Origin: Barthelona sp. PCE
Taxonomy: Eukaryota
DNA: 64,000 nt
Direction of reading: 5' to 3'
Assembly: GCA_040285745.1 (NCBI GenBank)
Contig: JAUFOR010000008.1
Coordinates: forward strand, 1,612,001-1,676,000
Shown: positions 30,165 to 40,800 of the stretch, in pieces
Layout of the letters: each line of letters opens with the position of its first letter
Position numbering within the stretch: the first letter of the stretch is position 1
Notes under the pieces: model-generated
Database searches by the model: none
Told to the model about the DNA's origin: nothing
The model's input: only the letters and a program-made list of their open reading frames with translations
Position numbers and translations under genes: made by a program

Positions 30165-30806
30165 TTACACATCAAACAGAGAGATTGAGTTGAAAAATGG
30201 GTCAACAGACTCTTCTAACCCATTCTTTTTGTTGGAAAAAGCATAGGAAAAAGGAGATTGAGCTCTAGTACGTTGCACTTTTTGAGGTGGGGCACTCATC
30301 TCAACATCAAACTTTGGTGTCTGCAAATATCGCTGATGAGCTGTCTCATACAACAACGGGGATTGTAAGGGTTCTATGTCCATCGTTATAGGAACCGGTT
30401 TTCGAATAACTGGTGGGTTTAGCGGCTTTCCAGAAACAAAAACATCTGATACAGGTTGTTTAGGTTCTATAACAGTAAATAATCCATTCATGTCATCTCT
30501 TCGATTTGCGTTGAATAATTCAGATGCAAAATCAAGCTTTTCAGCAATATGTCTTTCCATTAACGTGTTTAAATTAGTTTCATCATTGCAATTTTCATCA
30601 ACAGGGTTATCTAAAAACGCAACGTCAACTGGTAAATTAGTAGCTGCCATTGTTGGTGTAGATGCCTGATATCGCTCGAAGAGGGTTTCAAAATCCGTTT
30701 TATCATTTAGAACGTTGCGAAAAATTGCCCCAAGTTCAGCTGGTAATATATTGATGATATCAGTCATATCTTCTTCATGTTCTTCTGATTTTAAAACCGT
30801 GGTCAT
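30165..30806 (-). CDS. Hypothetical protein
   Basis: 213 aa ATG ORF. Its stop codon directly abuts the stop of the convergent gene. Confidence 0.65.
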   Translation of the reverse strand: MTTVLKSEEHEEDMTDIINILPAELGAIFRNVLNDKTDFETLFERYQASTPTMAATNLPVDVAFLDNPVDENCNDETNLNTLMERHIAEKLDFASELFNANRRDDMNGLFTVIEPKQPVSDVFVSGKPLNPPVIRKPVPITMDIEPLQSPLLYETAHQRYLQTPKFDVEMSAPPQKVQRTRAQSPFSYAFSNKKNGLEESVDPFFNSISLFDV

Positions 30807-31365
30807 AATATGAAGGCTGAATTAAAGGGAAAAAAAAATGGAAACACAGATTTTCAGTTAGTTTGAAGAATTTCATATGCTCTAAAGTTCTGTAAAGATT
30901 ATTGACTATTTATTTCTAATTATTAAATTTGATATAAGCAGATATTTGTTGTGGTACTTGAAGAAAGTTTTTCATTAAGTGGATATGTATTCAATATTTG
31001 ATCCATGTGGGCAAATATCAAGAAGTTTTCGATTCATTACAAAATTTTTTTCTTTCTGTGCTTTGTATTGTTAACACAAAGAAGGATGATATCAAATCGA
31101 GCAACATTGGATGATCATTTTTAATGTAATGCACTGTGCTAACCATTGCATTAGTACTTTTGATCGAAATGAGAGATGTTTGGATAAAAAATTGAAACAT
31201 ATAAAAAGCAGGGGATCATGTATGTCCTTATTTTAGGATATTTTTACATAGAAAATAGATAAGTTTGCTGTGATTCACAAGAGTGACAGGTAACCTATTT
31301 ACCTACCCTTAATATAATCGGAGTAGTTTGTATTTCTAAATACATTTTATTTCAAAGCCATCAAG

Positions 31366-34300
31366 ATGGATAAACAAAATTTTAAGGAGCTTTGCAACCT
31401 TCCCATTTGCCGTAATCAGCTTTTGGTTGAGTTAGTTAAGTTACCAGTTTTTAGTGCTTCATTGTCAGAATTCTCATCAGTCAAAGAGAAGAAGGCTTAT
31501 CTTCATCATCTTCGTATTCATAAAGCGTATCCCCTTTTGTTCAATATGTTGGAAGGAGGGGACATCAGACTTGTTCTTAGTATTATGAACTTTCCTCGTG
31601 TTTTCAGAGCTTTTATGGAACAGGACAACATATTAGACAAGCTAAAGAAGCTTCGCACACTCGTAAGACAATATTTGTTTGGTAAATTGGGACGAAAGTT
31701 TCAGTTTTCATCAGTTTGTGATTTAATTGTTAATTGTGATTCATTTACATCTTATGAAAAGCAGAGGGTGCTGTCTTCTTGTTCGTTAGGAGTTCTTGAA
31801 GACCGAATTAATCACGAAACACCATTAAATTTAATTAATCGACTTTTAAAACGCAGAGATACTCTTCAAATTTTGGAAAAATGGGTGTTTTTATGTCTTC
31901 AGCACAACACCAAGTTTTTTTCAGAAGGAAGAAAAATATATACTACTGTGTTTACTAGACTTGTGAATGGTTCAGTAACTTTTATTGATTTTATGATCAA
32001 TTTCCTTAAAGAAAATGGGCTAATGCACTGGATATCACCCACTATCAAAAGAAAAAAAATGATTTTACCGTTTGTTGTGTTGAAATATATTTTTGTGAAT
32101 TTTCCACAACTTTATATTGAAGAGATAAGTGAAAAAAGATATGATACATTATATGATGATGAGTTATTGGTTGTTTTGGAGTTGGACAAAGAGTTGTTCA
32201 TAAAGTTAATACTTAAATCTCCAGTTTATTATCGAAATTTTGTTATGAAAAATGAATGTATTCTTCGAGAAAAGGTTGTATGGGCGAGGATCATTTCATC
32301 AGTCATGGAACACATCAATGCACCAACTAAATTTTCGTTAGAGAATACAAAAATGTGGAAAAAAAGTAGGAAGGATCACGTTGTTACTAGTCCACATAAT
32401 TTGTCGTGTTGCAAGATTATTGACAATGATGAGTTGCAAGAGATCACTTATCTCAAACAGACCATTCGTGTTGACAGGTTCACTGCTGAAATGTTCCATA
32501 GTTTGGTTAGCAAACAATGTCTAGATGCAAATTTTTTGTTTACTGCCTTTTTAGAACGTTTTCTTTTATGGGGTTCTGATCTAGAGCTGGGAGCATTGAA
32601 ATTGTTTGTTAAGTTGGCAATGAACAGATTTAGCGGTTTAGACTTGAATAGTTTTTGTTTTCCAGTTACTTCCATTTATCACACTGATGATATTATTGAG
32701 ATTTTTGAAGAGGCGTCGATAAAAAATTGTTATTATTGGATGAATCCATTGAACTTATTATCGAAATCACCTCAGGATGAAACCGTTATTGAATATGCTG
32801 CATATTACCTACGAAAGATGTTAAACTATTTTGAAGAGAAAAATATTCAATACAATATTATTGTGAACCTGGTTTATCCCGATTTTCCAGCGCAGTTTTC
32901 TATGGAATATTATGTGAAGCACAACAAATTCAGAATACATCATTTTTTCGAAGTTCATAGTGCTAAGAGTGATTTTGTTAATACTTACAAAGAGAATACA
33001 AGCATTAATGTTCCATTTTGGGTGAGTGTAATTAAAACTGCGTTTGCTGGCTCTCAAAAATCTACGCGCAAGAGTGTTGGCAAATTCCTAAACTTATTTT
33101 GCAATTCAATCCAGTTCACTAATGTGGTGAATATGAAAAAAAAGCGTACTACTATTCTTAATCAAAAATTTTTAACTGAGTACGGTCTTGATGAACTTTT
33201 AGGGGAAGGTGTAACGCTATATAAATACAGACATCTTTTTCATGAAAGGAAAGATGTGTATTCATATAAAAAAACAGTTATCAACACTGAAGTTTTCAGC
33301 AATCATGCGATTTTTAAACCTGTTGCGAAAGATTATTCAACAAACTCCAATATTCATCCAAAAATTTACCGTGATACATGGATGAAATATGCATCCCAAA
33401 TCAAATATGATCCTCTCTTAGTTGTTGAACAAAGTGAGCTCAATTTAATTCGTGATGAGATTTTGGGAGAGCTTGATGATCATCTTAATATGTTGGACGA
33501 AATCGTTGAGCAGTGGGTCGAAACGGATGACATGAAGGAAAGTTTGGAACAAAACCAGAAGTTACAAACCATCGAAAATTTCTTCGCCCAAATAATGTGT
33601 CTATCTCTTTTTTACGATGTTAGGCTTACTGATTCACAACGTGAAACAGCGTTGCGTGCTGGTAGAATGAATAGTAGTTTCGGTATGTACGTTAAAAGAT
33701 GTGTACTTATGTTATATAGAAGTTTCAGCAACGATATTGCACTTCAAGTACACGGTCTCAAGTTTAATGGCTCTGCTCCTTATGCATGCGGGAATCTTAT
33801 TAAATATGCAAGCACTTGTAATCAAACTGAAATAATTTCTTTGTTCGATGATATCACAATGTTAGCGGATGTCAAAGGAGTAACTTCTGTCAAAATGATG
33901 ATTGTGCTGGTTCACAAATTTATGGAACAAATTCCAAACTTTAATGAGTTTTTACTCAAATTATGGAAAAGACCAATTAGTGTTGACGTTAGAATCTTAT
34001 TATTGAATTATTCTGTTGAGATAATCGAACAAAACCCAGTCAAAATGATTAGAACAGAGATATTTTCGATGTTGGAGGATTGTGCTACTCGATTTTCCAC
34101 GTCAAAATCACTAATTGAGCATTTGTCAAACATAATCATTGGTTTCAGCAGGAATTGGAGTCATGAGGACTTTATCAGTTGTTATCCACTCATTGAGCAA
34201 CGTATTTTACTTCCAATTATGAAAGATTCTGGTGATGACATGAGATACAGTATGATGTCAATTATTGGTACTTTTACTGAAATAGCAAGACCCATTGCTT

Positions 34301-35454
34301 CATATGTTAGTGAAGAAGCGTTGATGTGGTATAAATCAGAAGAGATTTTGTCTTTGTTTGCCAATTCCAATTACAATGTTGGTAATTTTTTGTATATTTT
34401 GCTTCATGCAAACATTGAGGCTGCAGAAGATTTTTTGGATTCCACAGTAGCGTATATATTGAAACAATCCTCTAAAAATCTTTTTGTGCATTTTTGGAAT
34501 AGTTTAATAACTTGTGAAGTTGAGTCAAGTGATGTTTTGGGCAAATATTGTGAAATATTAATACGATTACAGAAAAAATATCCACTAATCGATATGAGTG
34601 ATGTGATTTTTGCCAATTATAATAGAAACAATGCTACTTTAAGTTGTTTTGTTGATATTATTATTAATCTTCATCTATTTCCGTCGCATTCAACTAGATC
34701 AAGACTTGTATTCCCCAAACCAACACCTAAAGAAGCTCTGGATGCCATGGAATTGTTGATTCGTTGCGATCCTAAATTGGTTTATTATATTATCGAACAT
34801 TTAGTCTTCCTTAAAGCAAGGTCAGTTTTTATTCTGCTCAATAGCGAGAAGCCTACAGCTTATCAGCGCTGTTTGCTGTATAATGTTCATTTAAACAAAG
34901 CAATTACAGCAATATTATCAGATCAATCTTCCAAGGAGATCGTTGTATCTGGAGGTTTTGGAATGTCAAATGGGATCGTTAAGCAACCAACAAATACAAA
35001 TCAAAGAATGGTTAGTCAAAGTAGCACGAGAAATTGGAAATTTAGTGATTATGTTTTTGGATGTAATAGCGGCTTTGGAGCTGGAGCACATCATGGAAAA
35101 TCTAATGTATTTGGAGTATATTTTGGAGGCTTTGGAGTACCTATAGCACCTAATGGTGGTGGCTTTGGAACATATAATGGCTTTGGAGCACCTAGAGCAC
35201 CTAATGGTGGCTTTGGAACATATAATGGCTTTGGAGCACCTAGAGCACCTAATGGTGGCTTTGGAACATCTAATTGCTTTGGAACACCTAGAGCACCTAA
35301 TGGTGGTGGCTTTGGAACATCTAATTGCTTTGGAGCACCTAGAGCACCTAATGGTGGCTTTGGAACATATAATAGCGGCAATATACAATCTGGAAACAAC
35401 TATGCTGGTGTTCAGAGATCTGGCCCAAGAAGAAGAGGAAGAAGAAGAAAATGA
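31366..35454 (+). CDS. Large AT-rich helical orphan protein with a C-terminal GFG-repeat tail
   Basis: 1362 aa uninterrupted ORF with an L/I/F/K-rich body, GFG repeats and terminal PRRRGRRRK. Confidence 0.8.
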   Translation: MDKQNFKELCNLPICRNQLLVELVKLPVFSASLSEFSSVKEKKAYLHHLRIHKAYPLLFNMLEGGDIRLVLSIMNFPRVFRAFMEQDNILDKLKKLRTLVRQYLFGKLGRKFQFSSVCDLIVNCDSFTSYEKQRVLSSCSLGVLEDRINHETPLNLINRLLKRRDTLQILEKWVFLCLQHNTKFFSEGRKIYTTVFTRLVNGSVTFIDFMINFLKENGLMHWISPTIKRKKMILPFVVLKYIFVNFPQLYIEEISEKRYDTLYDDELLVVLELDKELFIKLILKSPVYYRNFVMKNECILREKVVWARIISSVMEHINAPTKFSLENTKMWKKSRKDHVVTSPHNLSCCKIIDNDELQEITYLKQTIRVDRFTAEMFHSLVSKQCLDANFLFTAFLERFLLWGSDLELGALKLFVKLAMNRFSGLDLNSFCFPVTSIYHTDDIIEIFEEASIKNCYYWMNPLNLLSKSPQDETVIEYAAYYLRKMLNYFEEKNIQYNIIVNLVYPDFPAQFSMEYYVKHNKFRIHHFFEVHSAKSDFVNTYKENTSINVPFWVSVIKTAFAGSQKSTRKSVGKFLNLFCNSIQFTNVVNMKKKRTTILNQKFLTEYGLDELLGEGVTLYKYRHLFHERKDVYSYKKTVINTEVFSNHAIFKPVAKDYSTNSNIHPKIYRDTWMKYASQIKYDPLLVVEQSELNLIRDEILGELDDHLNMLDEIVEQWVETDDMKESLEQNQKLQTIENFFAQIMCLSLFYDVRLTDSQRETALRAGRMNSSFGMYVKRCVLMLYRSFSNDIALQVHGLKFNGSAPYACGNLIKYASTCNQTEIISLFDDITMLADVKGVTSVKMMIVLVHKFMEQIPNFNEFLLKLWKRPISVDVRILLLNYSVEIIEQNPVKMIRTEIFSMLEDCATRFSTSKSLIEHLSNIIIGFSRNWSHEDFISCYPLIEQRILLPIMKDSGDDMRYSMMSIIGTFTEIARPIASYVSEEALMWYKSEEILSLFANSNYNVGNFLYILLHANIEAAEDFLDSTVAYILKQSSKNLFVHFWNSLITCEVESSDVLGKYCEILIRLQKKYPLIDMSDVIFANYNRNNATLSCFVDIIINLHLFPSHSTRSRLVFPKPTPKEALDAMELLIRCDPKLVYYIIEHLVFLKARSVFILLNSEKPTAYQRCLLYNVHLNKAITAILSDQSSKEIVVSGGFGMSNGIVKQPTNTNQRMVSQSSTRNWKFSDYVFGCNSGFGAGAHHGKSNVFGVYFGGFGVPIAPNGGGFGTYNGFGAPRAPNGGFGTYNGFGAPRAPNGGFGTSNCFGTPRAPNGGGFGTSNCFGAPRAPNGGFGTYNSGNIQSGNNYAGVQRSGPRRRGRRRK
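35128..35373 (+). repeat. Coding tandem repeat, five units of 48/51 nt
   Basis: Unit GGCTTTGGAGCACCTAGAGCACCTAATGGT(GGT)GGCTTTGGAACATATAAT with lengths 51,48,48,51,48, encoding GFGAPRAPNG(G)GFGTYN. Confidence 0.95.
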
Positions 35455-35523
35455 TTAGTGTATCCGGAGTTTAAATAAATCCTCTACTTATTTATTTGTA
35501 TTCATATGCTTCTTCCACACCAT

Positions 35524-37585
35524 CTAAATCAAACTGTTAATTGATAAGCTGAAAGTTTTCATCATTTCTGAAAAACTATGTTCAGTAGTTTCATCAACAC
35601 CTGATCCATAAAATCGTTTCGTAATGAACCGAAATGGGTAGTACCCAGCCAATACTCGGATAATGGCACGTTGTTGAAACGAAATATTCTCTAACAAAAT
35701 TCGTTCACCCGGCTCATTGTGAACACATTCCCCTAAATGTAGGTGTTTGAGAGCACTATTGTAACGGTATACACGTGTTGCATTGCTGTCAGAGTCAGCT
35801 GCTAAATCAGGCGAAAAGAATTGGAGTTTTTGTAATACTAAGATGCTACAGTCGTAATCAACAGTTGATATTTCTAAATTTAGGTTATTGACTGAATAAG
35901 CAAGAACATCAGAATAATTCCTAGTACCCCACAGTTCTTTGTCAAAAGGATTATAACACAAAAAACGAGAACGCGCATGATTATATTTCAATTCTAAAAC
36001 ATTTTCTTCATGTAAAGCAAAAGATACCACAATTACATAGGAACCACGCAGTATTATAAGATTATCAACAATGAATATTGAAGTAGTGTCTGCAGCATGA
36101 CCTATTCTTATACTATCAATAAAACCCAACGTGTCATCGAAAAGAAAAATTGACGCTCCACGAAAAGCATGAAAATCTTCTTGTAAAAAGCAAATAAGAC
36201 CCTTTTCTTCATCAAATGTATGTAAGATAGTGTTTCCTGGCATCGAAAACAGGGGTGTTATAAGATTATCATTGGTTGTATAATCAACAACATAAGTTAA
36301 ATTATGCATAACTGAAACCAACATCAACCGATCGTTAATAATTTGGTCACACGCAACTGGCCTATATTTTTGGCTTTGTGTGAATATCTGAGTTGTTTTG
36401 TCTTGAGTGTTAAAAATGATAGTTGCTCCACTGTCTTTTTTGGGAAAATTGTATGCATCAAACACTAAAAGATTTTTTGAAGCATGCTTACATCGGTTTT
36501 TATCCAATGTTAAATCATGAAATATATTTTTTCCACTTCTATAAAAGAAATTTTTGAGTTGAAAAGAACTTTCTGAGCTTTTTTCTAAACCCAATAAATT
36601 TGATACTCTGGTTTTAAAGCTTAATGACTTCATTTGCTGAAAGTTATCTGACGTGTTGCTGGTCAAGAATAGAATAGAACCATGTAAACAGTGTGCATAT
36701 TCACCAATTTCAATAACTTCATTGGTATTTATGTTATAATAACTGATAACGTGTTCTAAAATCAGAGAGAACTGGATAATATCTTCAGAAATCTCATATA
36801 TTATCATACCATAGCAACTGCAGAAATCAACCTCAGAAAAACATGTTTGAAGTAAAGGAAATTTTTTAAACAGATCAATATGACTAGGTCCATCACAGAG
36901 AACAAACTGATTAAAAGAATTATTGCTCCCTGAAACTTCTGTAACATGTAATAAACAATTTGCATTGATAACATTAAACTTGATCAGAATGATTATTGTT
37001 CAATGGATGGAGAACTAAATTACTGTCTAAATAGCAATATGTTGGGAAACCACCGAAAATACCACCCTCATCATATGAAAAAATTGGGTAAGCAGAAACA
37101 TAGGTTGAATGATTGAAAATTTCAAAATCGTTTAGCTCAATTTGCACTTTATTCCCCATTGTTTGAGCATACTCTATTTCAAGAGAATTGCTTTTAACTA
37201 GGAAAAAGGTCTGTGGGGTGTAGCAAAACAGCTTGTAATACTGATACTTCTGACTTGATAAAGTGGCCTCAAATTCTACTGTTTCAAAGATTTCATGTGG
37301 GCCACTTGCAGATATATACCAGAAATGTATCCTCACTGTGAAAATATCATCTTTCTGTGAGATTGTAAAAGAATAAAACAAATTATTTCCCTCAATACAT
37401 TTTCCCATTATAATTCCTTTGTGTACTTCTTCATCAGAACATCTGAATGACCCGTTATTTGTTTTGAAATCCTCATCAATTGTGATAAATGAAAAATTTT
37501 GTGCTTTGTCATTCACATTCAGTATGACTGGTTGGTCATGCTGTTCAATGTTATAAACAAGATCCTTTTGTAATAATCTCGGCAT
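35524..37585 (-). pseudogene. 'MPR' family copy 3, interrupted by one +1 frameshift
   Basis: The 5' ORF (MPRLLQ) stops at 36974-36976. The +1 frame is open from 36999 to 35524. Joined length is about 686 aa, with NPFDKEL and CVHNEPG motifs. Confidence 0.65.
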
Positions 37586-37806
37586 TATCGTGTCAGCGGT
37601 ATATGGTAAGAAATTTTCAATACACTACCAGTGTTATAGAAAATAAACGGAATGTGGTGGAATTTTTGGAGTTGGGTTATATCGTTTTTTATACGCAACA
37701 AGGTGGCATAAGTTTCCCAAAAATCATGGAGAGGTGGAGGACATTGTTGTATTTGCAATATTTATCGTTTTCTTAAATCTCCCCCTTTTCAACTATTTCA
37801 AGGTTT

Positions 37807-40800
37807 ATGATGCTTAGAGAACGCATTTGTCTGCTTTTAATAGCACTAATTGCCTGTTCCTGTATGTTGTTGCAAAACGATGTCATTAATTGATTATTTT
37901 TTCATTGTTGGCTCGTCTGATCCCCTTTTGAATCATTCTAACGTTTAGTTGCCTTTAACACTGGTACATATAACGACTGGATTGACGTTTCTATCGCACC
38001 AAACGAGGCTGTGAATTACGTCTTCCCTAAAACAACAGATGGGGATTATCTCACTTCACAAATTGAGTTCGATGCGGATAAGACGTTCCCTGAAAACTGT
38101 CCTGTCCTCATCGACTTTGCTTCAGAAGATGTTACAGGCCACGATATGCTTAGGCCATTAGATCGCTTCCATAGTGACCGCAGAGCCAATACTGGTACCA
38201 ATGAAAATTACTTTTACTACGGTATCAGCCCTCAGATGCGTGATAGCCGTATTGGTTTGCAACTTATCTCACCTGATGGTAACTGCGATTTGTCAGACTT
38301 TGAGGATGGCAAGATCCAGTTCCGCTACCGTCTCCGTAATGATAACATGGAAAGCATTCCCTTTGATGGTGTTGGAAAACTTACCCTTGTTGAGAACAAG
38401 CCAGTTTTTTTCACAATGACCAAACCAGCTTCAGATTGGGTTTCAGCCACAATCTCTGTCTCTGATTTCGATTTCGGTGAGACTGCAGGTGATCGTATGT
38501 ATTTATATGGTATAACCACTGAGGATAAACTCATTCGTACTTTGATTGGCGAGCTTTATCTCGACAACATTTTGGACACTCCTTTTGCCTTTAGTGACTG
38601 TCACACCTTTGGCTTCCACGGATTCATCCTGGTTGCACCTCACGATTTGGAAGTCACTTTGGAAATTGACTTACGTGATACACATGTAATCGAATATGAA
38701 GAGTTTACTCATGATGTCGATAACAGCCATGAGCTTGCCCTCGATGGTTACCAGATTCATAAGATCCCACCATCCACTGGTGTATTGCTACACGATGTTA
38801 CACAAGGCGGTATTGAAGTATTTATGGTTCCTTCAATTTGCTTATCATCTCAATGTCCTCAATTTACGACTGTTCACACAGAGGACGAAGTTTTCTTCAG
38901 TGAATATCAAAATTCTGCATTTTTCTTTACTGACCGTTATGCCTCACAGTATTTAATTGTGAAGAGTGTTTCTGCCGATGTTGAGACCGTTCCTGTTGCT
39001 TTCGACATTCGGTTCTACCCAACAAAGGCTAACGTCGAGCAAGAAATCGCTGTCAACACCGTTGTGTACTCGAGTGTCGATGGTGGACGTCGCTTTGTTT
39101 TCAAGAAGCCTCTCATGACATCAGATGATTGGATTACGATTAAGGTGTTTTCAACAGATGAAGCCGACATCAAGGCTACATTGTCTGCTAAAACTGATCG
39201 TCTGCCTGTTTCTTTGGAGCACGCTAATAACTTTTACGGTTGCGAGCTTCCGGCTGACTTCTACTACGTTAACGTCGTTACTCTTAAACCATTCCCAGTC
39301 CATATGACTGTTGTTATAGAGAAACACAGCGCTCGTAAGTTACAGTCGCATAAGACTTTAACCGGCCGTCTCAGCGGTAAGACATGTGATCATTTCACAC
39401 TCGATTCAAACGATTTTGCTCGCGTTGGAAAACTTACCGTCCACTTATATAACCCCAGTAACGCACCTCTTACCATGCACATGTCACCTCAAGGTATCAC
39501 TGGTGACAGATCCACTTCATGTATGCACAAGCCGATCTATTCGGCTCCTCACACATTTAACTTTGTTGTTCCATGTGAGTTACCTCTTGGTGTACACCAC
39601 GTTGCCGTCTGTCATGACCACCGTCTTGTTCACGATTACTCCATTAGTGTCAACATTGATGAACCAGAGGTTATTCGTATGCCAGTTGACAAACCTTTCG
39701 AGACAAAGATCTGCAACAGGGTCTTCTTGGAAGTCCCCGATGTTGATTACGCTGCAGTATTAGAGGTTATCAGCACCACTGATGATTCTCTTAAACTGAC
39801 TGCTGCTACTTCTCCCTTCAAGGATTCTCGCTGCAACATTGTTAAGCAGCACGGAGATTACTCATGTCAGGTTGGCGATAACCACCAATGTTCATTCATG
39901 GTACCTCACTTCAAGTTGACAGATGGCCAAAAACGCCGTGGAGTGAATGATGGTCTATATCTGATTCTGTCAAGCACCTCTTCCACTTCTTGTGGTGATG
40001 AGCACAGCGCTGTTATTCGTGTTTCAAAGCTTACCAACCCGGTTAAGACACTGAAGCACGGCTTCACAGATGTTCTCTCCCCTTACGGCGGTATTCATCT
40101 CAAGATCCCAGCAAAGGTCAACAAAGAAACTTACGGCCGAATCACTGTCTATCTTGACAGTGACGGTTCACCCACTGATCCTGTTGTCAAGTACGCCCTC
40201 ACTCCTCAGAATTATGTTGGCGCTTTCACAAAGACAGATTTCGAGCTGAGGAAGGAAACGTTCATGTACATTGCTCCATGTGATTCACTCAAGCATGATT
40301 GGTATCTCTCATTGTATCACTTGTCAGGTTCCACTGTTAAGTTCACAGCTGTTGTCGACTACGTCAAGATTCCTACCGTGGAAATTGATCAATCATCATT
40401 GATTGAGATCAACGACAATCGTTACGAACACGTTAAGTTCAAGGTTCCCCCTGTTGCTGAGTGTGAGAGCATTTTAATCACTGCTCAATCAATTAACGGA
40501 TTCAGTTACAACGTCTTTACCTCTTTCGAACGTCCTCTTGCTCCTCAAACATGTTGTCTTGATGATGTTGAATCATCTGTCTTTACAATGTCCGACGCTG
40601 ATAGCCACTCTCATGTTTTGAGCCGTGGATTAATCGGTGACCATAAAGAAATTTTCTTCACCTTCTCTGGTATCGAAACTGAGGTTGTAGACTTTGAGAT
40701 CAAGTGTACTGTTCCTTCACATCACACTATCGCTGAGCTCAAAACAGATCAGCCAAACATTATTTCTCAAAACGACAAGACATACAACCTCAAGGCTTTG

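Noticed and set aside
35128-35373. Regular repeats superficially like a CRISPR array
   Set aside because: Units are contiguous and in frame, with no unique spacers and no cas genes, in a eukaryotic context.
34966-35458. Repetitive alternative-frame ORFs (KATIRCSRCS, ALEHL and PKPPLG repeats)
   Set aside because: Shadows of the stop-free tandem repeat within the 1362 aa gene.
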